Source: an uncultured Arcobacter sp. (GTDB lineage: Bacteria; Campylobacterota; Campylobacteria; Campylobacterales; Arcobacteraceae). From it: 64,000 nucleotides of DNA. The translations under genes and the position numbers were made by a program. The DNA lies in the NCBI GenBank assembly GCA_965140705.1, contig OZ223302.1:512001-576000 (forward strand), read 5' to 3'. The stretch's first letter is position 1; every line of letters begins with the position of its first letter. Below, piece after piece: positions 51,279 through 62,003 of the stretch. The notes below the pieces were generated by a model that saw nothing but the letters and a program-made list of their open reading frames with translations, was not told the DNA's origin and ran no database searches.

Positions 51279-51832
51279 ACTTCAACTCCATCATAAGAAA
51301 TCATCTCAAAATCAAACTTTTTAAACTGTTTCATTACTCTTTTTAAAAATGCTTTCTCTTTTGCATTTTCAAACTCTAGCTTGCTCATCTTCATAGATAT
51401 TATTTTATCATCTTCTTTAAAAATTTTAAAGCCTAAGTTTTTATCATAAGATATTGTATTGATATTATCTTTTTTAACATCTAAAAATATCTCTTCTTTT
51501 TGAAAAGTTTTAAAAATATACTCTAAAAAATAGATTGGAACAAGGGATTTAATCATAATATTCGCCTCTTCTAAAAAGAAAATTCCCCATTTAATATCTT
51601 CTTTTATATTAAAAATATTTACTCCACCTATAACTTTATCTTCAAAGATTATGGCAAAAAACTTTTTATCACTATTTTTTAAGCCCTTTACAAAACTTAT
51701 ATGATTTACAAGCTCTATAACACTTGTGTCTAAAGATACATTTCTAATATACTCTTTATTTCTTATCTCTAAAAGTTCTTTATGTTCTTCATTTGATAAA
51801 AAAAGATAATCTTTTAATACTATTTTATTCAT
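51275..51832 (-). CDS. pseH: PseH-like GNAT N-acyltransferase (divergent)
   Basis: Position between pseG and pseI; EIRN..IR, IGGV, WGIF and V..DN...Y..LGF. Confidence 0.7.
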   Translation of the reverse strand: MNKIVLKDYLFLSNEEHKELLEIRNKEYIRNVSLDTSVIELVNHISFVKGLKNSDKKFFAIIFEDKVIGGVNIFNIKEDIKWGIFFLEEANIMIKSLVPIYFLEYIFKTFQKEEIFLDVKKDNINTISYDKNLGFKIFKEDDKIISMKMSKLEFENAKEKAFLKRVMKQFKKFDFEMISYDGVEV

Positions 51833-52725
51833 ATCTTTGCCTCAAACTTTTTTAAAAACTCTTTTTTTGAAAATCTTTTCATACAAGCATATCTGTTCTT
51901 TTTTAGATATTTCATCATAAACTTTTGATTTGAAGCTGTTTGTATGGCTATAAACTCTTTATTTAGGTATATTATTTCATGTAGTATTGTACTTGGACTT
52001 ACTATTGCTAGATCTATTTTATGAATTAGTTTAGCTACATTTTTACTATTTATTATTAGTTTTATATTCTCAAAATCTTTTATAAACTCTTTTAGGCTCT
52101 TTATATTTTTATTTGCATTAGTTGTCAAAAGATAGATTTTTATATCTTTTTTCTTTTTTAGGCTTTTTAAAACTTTTAAAGAAATATTATCAAAATCACT
52201 TCCACCAAAGGCTATTAATATTTTTTTACTTTTTGATTTATTTCTTCTTAGATGTTTATAGTACTTAAACTCTTCTCGTATTAAAGTATATTTTTCACCA
52301 CATCTTAACTCACAAAAAGATGGTACTAAATCTTTATACTTTTTTTCTTGGGCATAAATGTTGTGATTTAATAAAATATCACAATAGTGTTTTTCATAAG
52401 TATCATCAAAAACTAAAACTTTCAAACTAGGATTTTGATTTTTGATTTGTTCTTCATAATTACAATCTATCTCATAATGGTCAATTATTAGAAAATCTAT
52501 ATTTAAACTCTTTATTAAATCATCTAACTCTTCCACATTATTTGAGTTTAATATTTTTAAATCATAACCTGCATCTAAGATTTTACTATTTATATTTCCC
52601 TCTAACTCTTGACAAGCAAAAGTTATATTTGAGTTAAAGTAGCGCTCTACTAAAACCAAATCCCTCATAATGTGCCCAATACCAATTAAAGATGAGGAAT
52701 CAGCTCTAACTAAAATATTTTTCAT
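51829..52725 (-). CDS. pseG: UDP-2,4-diacylamido-2,4,6-trideoxy-altrose hydrolase
   Basis: RADSS..IGIGHIMRDLVL, IDHY, FGGSD and ASNQ. Confidence 0.9.
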   Translation of the reverse strand: MKNILVRADSSSLIGIGHIMRDLVLVERYFNSNITFACQELEGNINSKILDAGYDLKILNSNNVEELDDLIKSLNIDFLIIDHYEIDCNYEEQIKNQNPSLKVLVFDDTYEKHYCDILLNHNIYAQEKKYKDLVPSFCELRCGEKYTLIREEFKYYKHLRRNKSKSKKILIAFGGSDFDNISLKVLKSLKKKKDIKIYLLTTNANKNIKSLKEFIKDFENIKLIINSKNVAKLIHKIDLAIVSPSTILHEIIYLNKEFIAIQTASNQKFMMKYLKKNRYACMKRFSKKEFLKKFEAKI

Positions 52726-53423
52726 GAAATTTTCTTTTGTCTTTTTAGAACTTCATATAAAACTTCTGCTCTCTCCCAATCTTCCAACGTATCAATATCT
52801 TGAACTAGATATCTTGGTAAAACAATTGGGATACTATCTTTTCCAAAAATTATATCTGTAGCTTTTTTATTTAAATTTGTCCAATAAAATTGTCCAGCAT
52901 CTTGATAAGCTTCTTCCAAATCTTGACTTCGTTTAGAAAAGTTTTCAGGCCAAAACATCTCACATCTATCATTATTGATTTTAAAAGTTCTCTGAATAGG
53001 AAATGGCATAGAAGTTGCACTAAAGGAGTGAACAGCATCACTATTTTGAAGTCTCTCTAAGCCCTTTTGTATATACTTCACTTGAAGTAATGGTGCTGTT
53101 GCATAGATACTGCAAACATAATCATACTTTTCACCCTGATTTTGCAAAAAAGATAAAGCATGGGATATAACAGCACCCGTTCCAGTAAAATCATCACTTA
53201 ATTCAACTGGTCTTAAAAAAGGAACTTCAGCCCCATACTCTTTAGCAACCTTAGCAATAGTTTCATCATCAGTTGAGACTATAACTTTGTCAAAGAGGTT
53301 TGATTTTAAAGCAGTTTCAATAGTATATGAAATAAGAGGTTTACCAAAAAAATCTTTTATATTCTTTTTAGGAATTCTTTTACTACCCCCACGAGCAGGG
53401 ATTATACAAACACTCTTAGACAC
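52722..53423 (-). CDS. pseF: Pseudaminic acid cytidylyltransferase
   Basis: IPARGGSKRIPKKNIK, YATAP, RSQDLEEAYQDAGQFYW and QDIDTLEDW. Confidence 0.94.
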   Translation of the reverse strand: MSKSVCIIPARGGSKRIPKKNIKDFFGKPLISYTIETALKSNLFDKVIVSTDDETIAKVAKEYGAEVPFLRPVELSDDFTGTGAVISHALSFLQNQGEKYDYVCSIYATAPLLQVKYIQKGLERLQNSDAVHSFSATSMPFPIQRTFKINNDRCEMFWPENFSKRSQDLEEAYQDAGQFYWTNLNKKATDIIFGKDSIPIVLPRYLVQDIDTLEDWERAEVLYEVLKRQKKIS

Positions 53424-54546
53424 CTAGCACCTCTAACATTGATTTGATTACATAATCTTGTTCTTCATTTGTCAAGTTTGGATAAAGGGGTAAAGAAATA
53501 GCTTCTTTATAATACTTATCCATAACTGGTGTATTTTCATCTCCATAACCTAGATTTTTATAATATGGTTGTTTATTTATTGGAATATAGTGAAACTGTA
53601 AACCAATATTCTTTTCTCTCACTTTAGTTACAAACTCTTTTTTATTAGTATCAAATCTATCAAAATCAATATACACTACAAAAAGATGATAAGCAGATTC
53701 ATTAGTAAAATCATATATAGGTTTTATAAAATCATACTTTTCAAAAAGTTCACAATATCTTTTAGCTATTTTTCGTCTTTTTTCTAAAAATTCATCCAGT
53801 CTTTTTAATTGTGAAATACCTAAAGCACAAGCTATATCTGTAAGCCTATAATTAAATCCCAACTCACTCATATCATAATGCCAAGGTGCAATTTCACTAT
53901 TTGCTTTCATTCCATGATTTCTCAAAACTAAAAGCTTTTCATAAAGTTCTTTAGAATTTGTAGTAATAGCGCCACCCTCACCTGTAGTAAAACCTTTTAC
54001 AGGATGAAAAGAGAAAGTTGAGATATCACTATTTTTACAAGAACCAGCTTTTATACTGTCATTTACTGCTCCAATAGAGTGTGCACAATCTTCTAATATC
54101 TTTATATTATATTTATCTTTTAACTCTTTTAATCTTTTTTGATTTACACTAAGTCCTGAAAAATGAACCACATAAATTGCTTTAATAGAAGAGTCTTTTT
54201 TTAAGGCCTCTTCACAAAAGTCTAAATCAATATTTCCATCTTCACAAATATCCACAAAAATTGGTTTTGCATTTACATAAAGAATCGAATTAGATGTGGC
54301 TAAAAATGAGTTAGAAGTTGTTAAAACTTTATCATTTTCTTTTAAAAGTACAAGTGAAGCTAAATGTAAAGCTGCTGTTCCATTTGATACTGCCACACAA
54401 TATTTAGCACAAGTATATTTACAAAGAACCTCTTCAAATTCTTTTATCTTTGGTCCAGTAGTTAAATAATCACTTTTTAAAGTACTTACAACTGCCTCTA
54501 TATCTTCATCTGATATATTTTGTTTACTATAAGGAATAAAGTTCAT
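53416..54546 (-). CDS. pseC: UDP-4-amino-4,6-dideoxy-AltNAc transaminase
   Basis: IPYSKQ, SNGTAALH, EDCAHS, FSFHPVK..TTGEGG and GFNYRLTD. Confidence 0.93.
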   Translation of the reverse strand: MNFIPYSKQNISDEDIEAVVSTLKSDYLTTGPKIKEFEEVLCKYTCAKYCVAVSNGTAALHLASLVLLKENDKVLTTSNSFLATSNSILYVNAKPIFVDICEDGNIDLDFCEEALKKDSSIKAIYVVHFSGLSVNQKRLKELKDKYNIKILEDCAHSIGAVNDSIKAGSCKNSDISTFSFHPVKGFTTGEGGAITTNSKELYEKLLVLRNHGMKANSEIAPWHYDMSELGFNYRLTDIACALGISQLKRLDEFLEKRRKIAKRYCELFEKYDFIKPIYDFTNESAYHLFVVYIDFDRFDTNKKEFVTKVREKNIGLQFHYIPINKQPYYKNLGYGDENTPVMDKYYKEAISLPLYPNLTNEEQDYVIKSMLEVLGV

Positions 54547-54552
54547 AAGAAA

Positions 54553-55596
<1,044 letters not shown>

Positions 55597-55649
55597 TTAT
55601 TTTAAGAGCAAATATGCAATAATTTAATAAATTCAAACTTAGGTATTTT

Positions 55650-55862
55650 ATGTCAGAAAATTTCATTCCAGAAGATATTATCAAGATTCAAAAAAAACTT
55701 GCTAGCTTTGAAAAGGGTTCAAGGAATTATAAAAAATATACTAAAATACTAGCAAAGCACATAAAAAAATTTACTATGAGAAAAAGAGTTACCTCTCATA
55801 TTAAGACCATTGAAAACATTCAAAAAATTGATGAAGAGCTAAATAAAAAAGATGAAGAATAA
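55650..55862 (+). CDS. Small basic hypothetical protein
   Basis: 70-aa ORF with AGGT SD and an upstream TTTAAG...TGCAATAAT promoter-like site. Confidence 0.7.
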   Translation: MSENFIPEDIIKIQKKLASFEKGSRNYKKYTKILAKHIKKFTMRKRVTSHIKTIENIQKIDEELNKKDEE

Positions 55863-55908
55863 ATTTTTATTACAATTTGTAATAATTTTTCTTAATTAAA
55901 AAACTTTC

Positions 55909-55917
55909 TGATAGAAT
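55909..55917 (+). promoter_or_regulatory. Putative extended -10 promoter of recA
   Basis: TGATAGAAT, 30 nt upstream of the recA ATG. Confidence 0.55.
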
Positions 55918-55947
55918 TACACAAAATTAAAACACGCAGGAAAAACG

Positions 55948-56988
55948 ATGGATGATAATCAAAAAAAATCACTAGAATTAGCAATTAAACAAATTGACAA
56001 GGCTTTTGGAAAAGGTTCACTTGTAAGATTAGGGGATAAAGAAACCGTTCCAGTTGAGTCAATAAGTACAGGTTCATTGGGACTTGACTTAGCATTAGGG
56101 GTTGGAGGATTACCAAAGGGAAGAGTAATAGAAATATATGGTCCTGAATCTTCAGGTAAGACTACACTTACTTTACACGCAATAGCTGAGTGCCAAAGAC
56201 AAGGTGGAGTTTGTGCCTTTATTGATGCAGAGCATGCACTTGATGTTATTTATGCAAAAAACTTAGGTGTTGATACAGATAACTTACTTGTTTCACAACC
56301 AGATTTTGGTGAGCAAGCTTTAGAAATACTTGAAACTGTTATTAGAAGTGGAGCTGTTGATTTAATAGTAATTGACTCAGTTGCAGCACTTACTCCAAAA
56401 GTAGAAATTGATGGTGATATGGATGACCAACAAGTTGGTGTTCAAGCTAGACTTATGAGTAAGGCTCTAAGAAAAATCACTGGGATTTTACATAAAATGA
56501 ACTGTACTGTAATCTTTATCAACCAAATCAGAATGAAAATTGGTATGACAGGATATGGAAGTCCAGAAACTACAACAGGTGGAAATGCACTTAAATTTTA
56601 CTCTTCAGTAAGACTTGATATTAGAAGAATAGCAACACTTAAACAAGCAGAAAACTCTATAGGAAATAGAGTAAAAGTAAAAGTTGTAAAAAATAAAGTT
56701 GCACCTCCATTCAAACAAGCAGAATTTGATATTATGTTTGGGGAAGGTATCTCAAAAATGGGTGAACTTGTCGATTATGGTGTTAAACTTGATATTGTCG
56801 ATAAAGCTGGGGCTTGGTTTAGCTACAATGATAGCAAAATCGGTCAAGGGAAAGAGAACTCAAAAGTATTTTTAAGAGAAAACCCAGATATAGCAAAAGA
56901 GATTGAAGATAAAATTCTTGAAGCTATGGGAGTAAATGATGCCATACCATTTGAAGGTGATGAAAGTTCAGAAGAAGGTGAAGATTAA
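55948..56988 (+). CDS. recA: Recombinase A
   Basis: [22 protein letters not shown] and FINQIR. Confidence 0.99.
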   Translation: MDDNQKKSLELAIKQIDKAFGKGSLVRLGDKETVPVESISTGSLGLDLALGVGGLPKGRVIEIYGPESSGKTTLTLHAIAECQRQGGVCAFIDAEHALDVIYAKNLGVDTDNLLVSQPDFGEQALEILETVIRSGAVDLIVIDSVAALTPKVEIDGDMDDQQVGVQARLMSKALRKITGILHKMNCTVIFINQIRMKIGMTGYGSPETTTGGNALKFYSSVRLDIRRIATLKQAENSIGNRVKVKVVKNKVAPPFKQAEFDIMFGEGISKMGELVDYGVKLDIVDKAGAWFSYNDSKIGQGKENSKVFLRENPDIAKEIEDKILEAMGVNDAIPFEGDESSEEGED

Positions 56989-57131
56989 TCTAAGAGAGAA
57001 GTCTCTTAGATTAAAATAACTTTATACATACAATATAGAAAACTACCCCAAATATTCACAAATACCTCCAATCACAAAAGAACTTTAAAATAAAATTTTA
57101 GATAAAATGATATAAATTTAAATATTTATAG

Positions 57132-58418
<1,287 letters not shown>

Positions 58419-58430
58419 TAGCAGAGTAAA

Positions 58431-58688
58431 ATGGCACAAAAAAGTAATCGTTTTATAAGTAAAGAGGTCAAACGATTTACTGTAATAGCAATAATTTCTA
58501 TTGCTATTACACTTTTTCTAAGCTATCATGTGGCAAACTTACTCTTTGGAGTAAATTCTTTTGAGGTCTATAAGTCACTTAAAAATAAAAGGTCTTATTT
58601 GACCAGTGAAATTAATAGACTTCAAGAGAGTAATGCAAGATTACAAAAAGAGTATTTTGAATTAAAAAATTTGGAGCCAGAAGAATGA
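58431..58688 (+). CDS. FtsB/DivIC-like septum formation initiator
   Basis: One TM segment then a coiled coil; position downstream of eno. Confidence 0.7.
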   Translation: MAQKSNRFISKEVKRFTVIAIISIAITLFLSYHVANLLFGVNSFEVYKSLKNKRSYLTSEINRLQESNARLQKEYFELKNLEPEE

Positions 58689-59503
58689 AATCTTTACCTT
58701 TATTTGTTACATCACTACTAATGGTTGCTTCTTTAGAAGCAAGAGAAAATCCGTTTATGCCAACAAAAGCATATAATGATGAAGTTGCAAGACTTATGGA
58801 AATAGACCAAAATTATCCACCTGAATTTATGGAGAAAAATCAAAATATTGAAACAGAAGATATGACTCCTATTTTAAGGGAAGGTGATGTAAATAAACCA
58901 GCTCCTACTGCTGTTGCAAAGAGTGAAGAAGAGTTGAAAAAAGAGCAAATGGAAAAAGAAGCTCAAATGAAAAAAGAAAAAGAACTTCAAGAAGCTCTTA
59001 AAAAAGTGGAAGCAGCTAAAAGAGAAGCAGCTATTGCAAAAAAAGAGAAACAAAAAGCACTAGAAAAAGCTAAAGAACTTGAAGAGAGAGGTCCTGTAGT
59101 TTATGTTAAACCAAGAGCTACTACAGAAATTTCACCAGAAGATACTACTGAACAAGCTTCTACTGTACAAGAAGATAAAACTATGCCTGCTGTTAAAAGT
59201 GTAGATATATTGCCATTTTTAAGACTTGAATATTCAAATGATAAAATGACATTAAACACAAAATATAAAATTATGAAAAAATTTTATATAGAAAATGAAA
59301 AAAAATTAATTATTGATTTTAAAGCAAATGTTTCATTTTTTACTAAAAACATAGTTTTAGACTCAACTAACTTCAAAAAAATAACTGTAGGAAACCATGG
59401 TGAAGAACACTTTTTTAGAGTTGTTGTTGAAGTAAATGATATGCCTTCAAACTATGATGTTTCTTTTGATGACACTTTAGTTTATATTGTCCCTAAACAA
59501 TAA
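58685..59503 (+). CDS. Secreted AMIN-domain protein
   Basis: Signal peptide ending ARENPF, a Glu/Lys coiled coil, and C-terminal LIIDF...VGNH..FFRVV. Confidence 0.75.
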   Translation: MKSLPLFVTSLLMVASLEARENPFMPTKAYNDEVARLMEIDQNYPPEFMEKNQNIETEDMTPILREGDVNKPAPTAVAKSEEELKKEQMEKEAQMKKEKELQEALKKVEAAKREAAIAKKEKQKALEKAKELEERGPVVYVKPRATTEISPEDTTEQASTVQEDKTMPAVKSVDILPFLRLEYSNDKMTLNTKYKIMKKFYIENEKKLIIDFKANVSFFTKNIVLDSTNFKKITVGNHGEEHFFRVVVEVNDMPSNYDVSFDDTLVYIVPKQ

Positions 59504-60634
59504 ATTATTTAATAATTTTATTATTATCATTACAATTAGAACTTCTAAGATAGAAGCTAATATAAATGCATAATAATAAAATTGCGTAATACTATGATTA
59601 TGATATGCCAAAGTGATTACTGCTATTAAAAGAGTAAGTGGCATTGAATGAGAAAGTCCTATTAAAAGAAATTCTCCTCTCTTTAAATCTTTCATAAACA
59701 AAAGAGAAGCTACAAGTCTTATGAAAATCATAGCCGCAACAATCATCAAAGCCTTTGCAAAAAGTCCATCATGGAACAATGACTCTAATTCAAAGGAAGT
59801 TCCAACATGAATAAAAAATATTGGTACCAACCATCCAAATCCAAAATGCTCCAATTTAGTTGGAAGTGCTTTATTATGTTCAAAGAATGTTTTTATAAAA
59901 GTTCCAGCAATAAATGCCCCAAATGCAACTTCAAGCTTTAAATAAATCATTATTGTAATCAATAAAAAGAAAATAGCCATAGATACACGGATATCTTGTT
60001 CTTGATGATCCTCTTCTGGCATAAGGTATCTTTTGATTTCAGGATACCACCATAATAAATTATGAAATATCTTGTAGATGATAATAAGAACAACTAAAAA
60101 AGCTGTAAATAACATCATAGTTTTTGCAAATTCCCAACGAAAACCAAGTTCCAACCCTGCAGAAACTGCTGTTAAAACTATAATAGAAACTATCTCTCCT
60201 ACTAAACCTATAAGAATAGATAAAGAGACCCAATCTTCTTCCCCATACTCTTTTTTTAGTGCTGCAAGCATTCCAATAGATATCAAAGGAAGTGTTACTA
60301 CAAAAATATTACTTAATTCAAAATACCAAGTAATAAGAAAAGACAAAGAGAATAATATGGCATTATAAACAAGGGATTTTTTCAAAATTTTAGGATCTGA
60401 ATCAATTATTCTTCTTAAATCAACTTCAAGACCTGCTAAAAACATCAAATACAAAAATCCAAGTTCTGCTACTAATTCAAAAATAGTATGTTCAACAATA
60501 AGTGAAAAATATACAGCAAGTGCACCTAATATAATCTCAACAGGAACCGTTGGTATTTTAGTAAACTTTGATACCAAGGGAGATATAAAAATTATAGTTG
60601 AGATTGTGATAATTATTAGGATTTCATCTGTCAT
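59477..60634 (-). CDS. Cation:proton antiporter (CPA2)
   Basis: Polytopic membrane protein; LMFLAGLE, FGAFIAG and PIFFIHVG. Confidence 0.9.
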   Translation of the reverse strand: MTDEILIIITISTIIFISPLVSKFTKIPTVPVEIILGALAVYFSLIVEHTIFELVAELGFLYLMFLAGLEVDLRRIIDSDPKILKKSLVYNAILFSLSFLITWYFELSNIFVVTLPLISIGMLAALKKEYGEEDWVSLSILIGLVGEIVSIIVLTAVSAGLELGFRWEFAKTMMLFTAFLVVLIIIYKIFHNLLWWYPEIKRYLMPEEDHQEQDIRVSMAIFFLLITIMIYLKLEVAFGAFIAGTFIKTFFEHNKALPTKLEHFGFGWLVPIFFIHVGTSFELESLFHDGLFAKALMIVAAMIFIRLVASLLFMKDLKRGEFLLIGLSHSMPLTLLIAVITLAYHNHSITQFYYYAFILASILEVLIVMIIIKLLNNLLFRDNIN

Positions 60635-60647
60635 TTATATTCCTGTT

Positions 60648-61499
60648 TTAATCTCTTTCTCTTTTTATTCTAAAGCCTAACTTTTCAAGTTCTTGCATAT
60701 CTTCAAATGGAGATTTTCCAGCAGTTGTTAAATAATCTCCGATAACAAAAGCATTTGCACCTTTTTCGAAAATTTTATATTGCTCTTCTCCAAACATTAA
60801 CTCTCTTCCTCCTGCAACCATGATTTTCATAGCATTTGGTACCATTTTTCTAGCTAGCGTAATCAATTCAAATGCTTTTTCTCTTGTAAGATTACTCTCA
60901 GCAATAGGTAAAGCTTTATTGTGAATAAAAAAGTTTAAGGGTACATTCATAGGCTCTAATGATGCAATTGATTCAAGCATAGATACTCTTTGCTCTTGAG
61001 TCTCACCAAGACCAAATATCCCACCACATACAAGTCTCAATCCCACTTCTTTTACATTTTTACAAGTTTGATATCTCTCTTGCCAAGTATGAGTTGTAAC
61101 AATTTCAGGATAAAAATCTTCTGCTGTTTCTAAGTTATGATTATAAGCATCAACACCTGCTTCTTTTAGCGTTTGTAACTGCTCTACACTTGCAGTTCCA
61201 TTACAGGCAATTAAAATAAGTCCCAGATTCTCTTTTTTCACAGCTTTTGCAGCTTCAACAACAAATTTCAATCTCTTATCGTCTAAACCTTTCCCAGCAG
61301 TTACTAAACAAAATCCATTGGCATTATTTGCTTTTGCTCTTTTTGCTTCTGCAACAATTTGTTCTATCTCTTTTCTTTTATATCTTAAAATATCTGCTTT
61401 GTATTTTACACTTTGTGTACAAAATTTACAGTCTTCATTACATGTACCACTTTCAATATTACAAATAGCACATAAAAATATTTCTTTATTTTCGTTCAT
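60648..61499 (-). CDS. bioB: Biotin synthase
   Basis: CNEDCKFCTQ, YNHNLET, CGGIFGLGE, AGGRE and GDYLTT. Confidence 0.94.
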   Translation of the reverse strand: MNENKEIFLCAICNIESGTCNEDCKFCTQSVKYKADILRYKRKEIEQIVAEAKRAKANNANGFCLVTAGKGLDDKRLKFVVEAAKAVKKENLGLILIACNGTASVEQLQTLKEAGVDAYNHNLETAEDFYPEIVTTHTWQERYQTCKNVKEVGLRLVCGGIFGLGETQEQRVSMLESIASLEPMNVPLNFFIHNKALPIAESNLTREKAFELITLARKMVPNAMKIMVAGGRELMFGEEQYKIFEKGANAFVIGDYLTTAGKSPFEDMQELEKLGFRIKRERD

Positions 61500-62001
61500 A
61501 TCTAATCTCTTTTTTTAAAAATTCTTTTTCATTAATATTTCTTGAGTAATACTTAATTATATACTCATTTGGGTTAATTTCCAACAATACACACTCACTC
61601 AAAGGTTTTTCCCTAGCGCATATTTCACCAGGATTTAAAAACAAAGTTCCCTCTTTATACTCACTTTCAAATATATGAGTATGCCCAAAAATCACCACAT
61701 CGCTATCTGCATTTAGATAAAAAGGTAGATGCATAAGTTTAAACTTTACATCTTCAATTTTAAATAAATAAGGTTCATTTTCTATTTTATACTCATTTGA
61801 AAGACGAACTAAAGAGTTATCATTATTACCATATACACATACATAAGGTAAAGTTGACTCTTTTAATAATTCTAAGTTTTCTCTCAAACACAAATCACCT
61901 GCATGGACTAAATACTGTGCACCTTGTGATTTTAAAAAATCAATAGCTTCCTTTGTCAAATCAACTTTATTGTGACTATCAGAAAGAACTGCTACTTTCA
62001 A
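61486..62001 (-). CDS. YfcE-like metallophosphoesterase
   Basis: SDSH, HAGD, GNND, GHTH and NPGE. Confidence 0.9.
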   Translation of the reverse strand: MKVAVLSDSHNKVDLTKEAIDFLKSQGAQYLVHAGDLCLRENLELLKESTLPYVCVYGNNDNSLVRLSNEYKIENEPYLFKIEDVKFKLMHLPFYLNADSDVVIFGHTHIFESEYKEGTLFLNPGEICAREKPLSECVLLEINPNEYIIKYYSRNINEKEFLKKEIRYERK

Positions 62002-62003
62002 AT

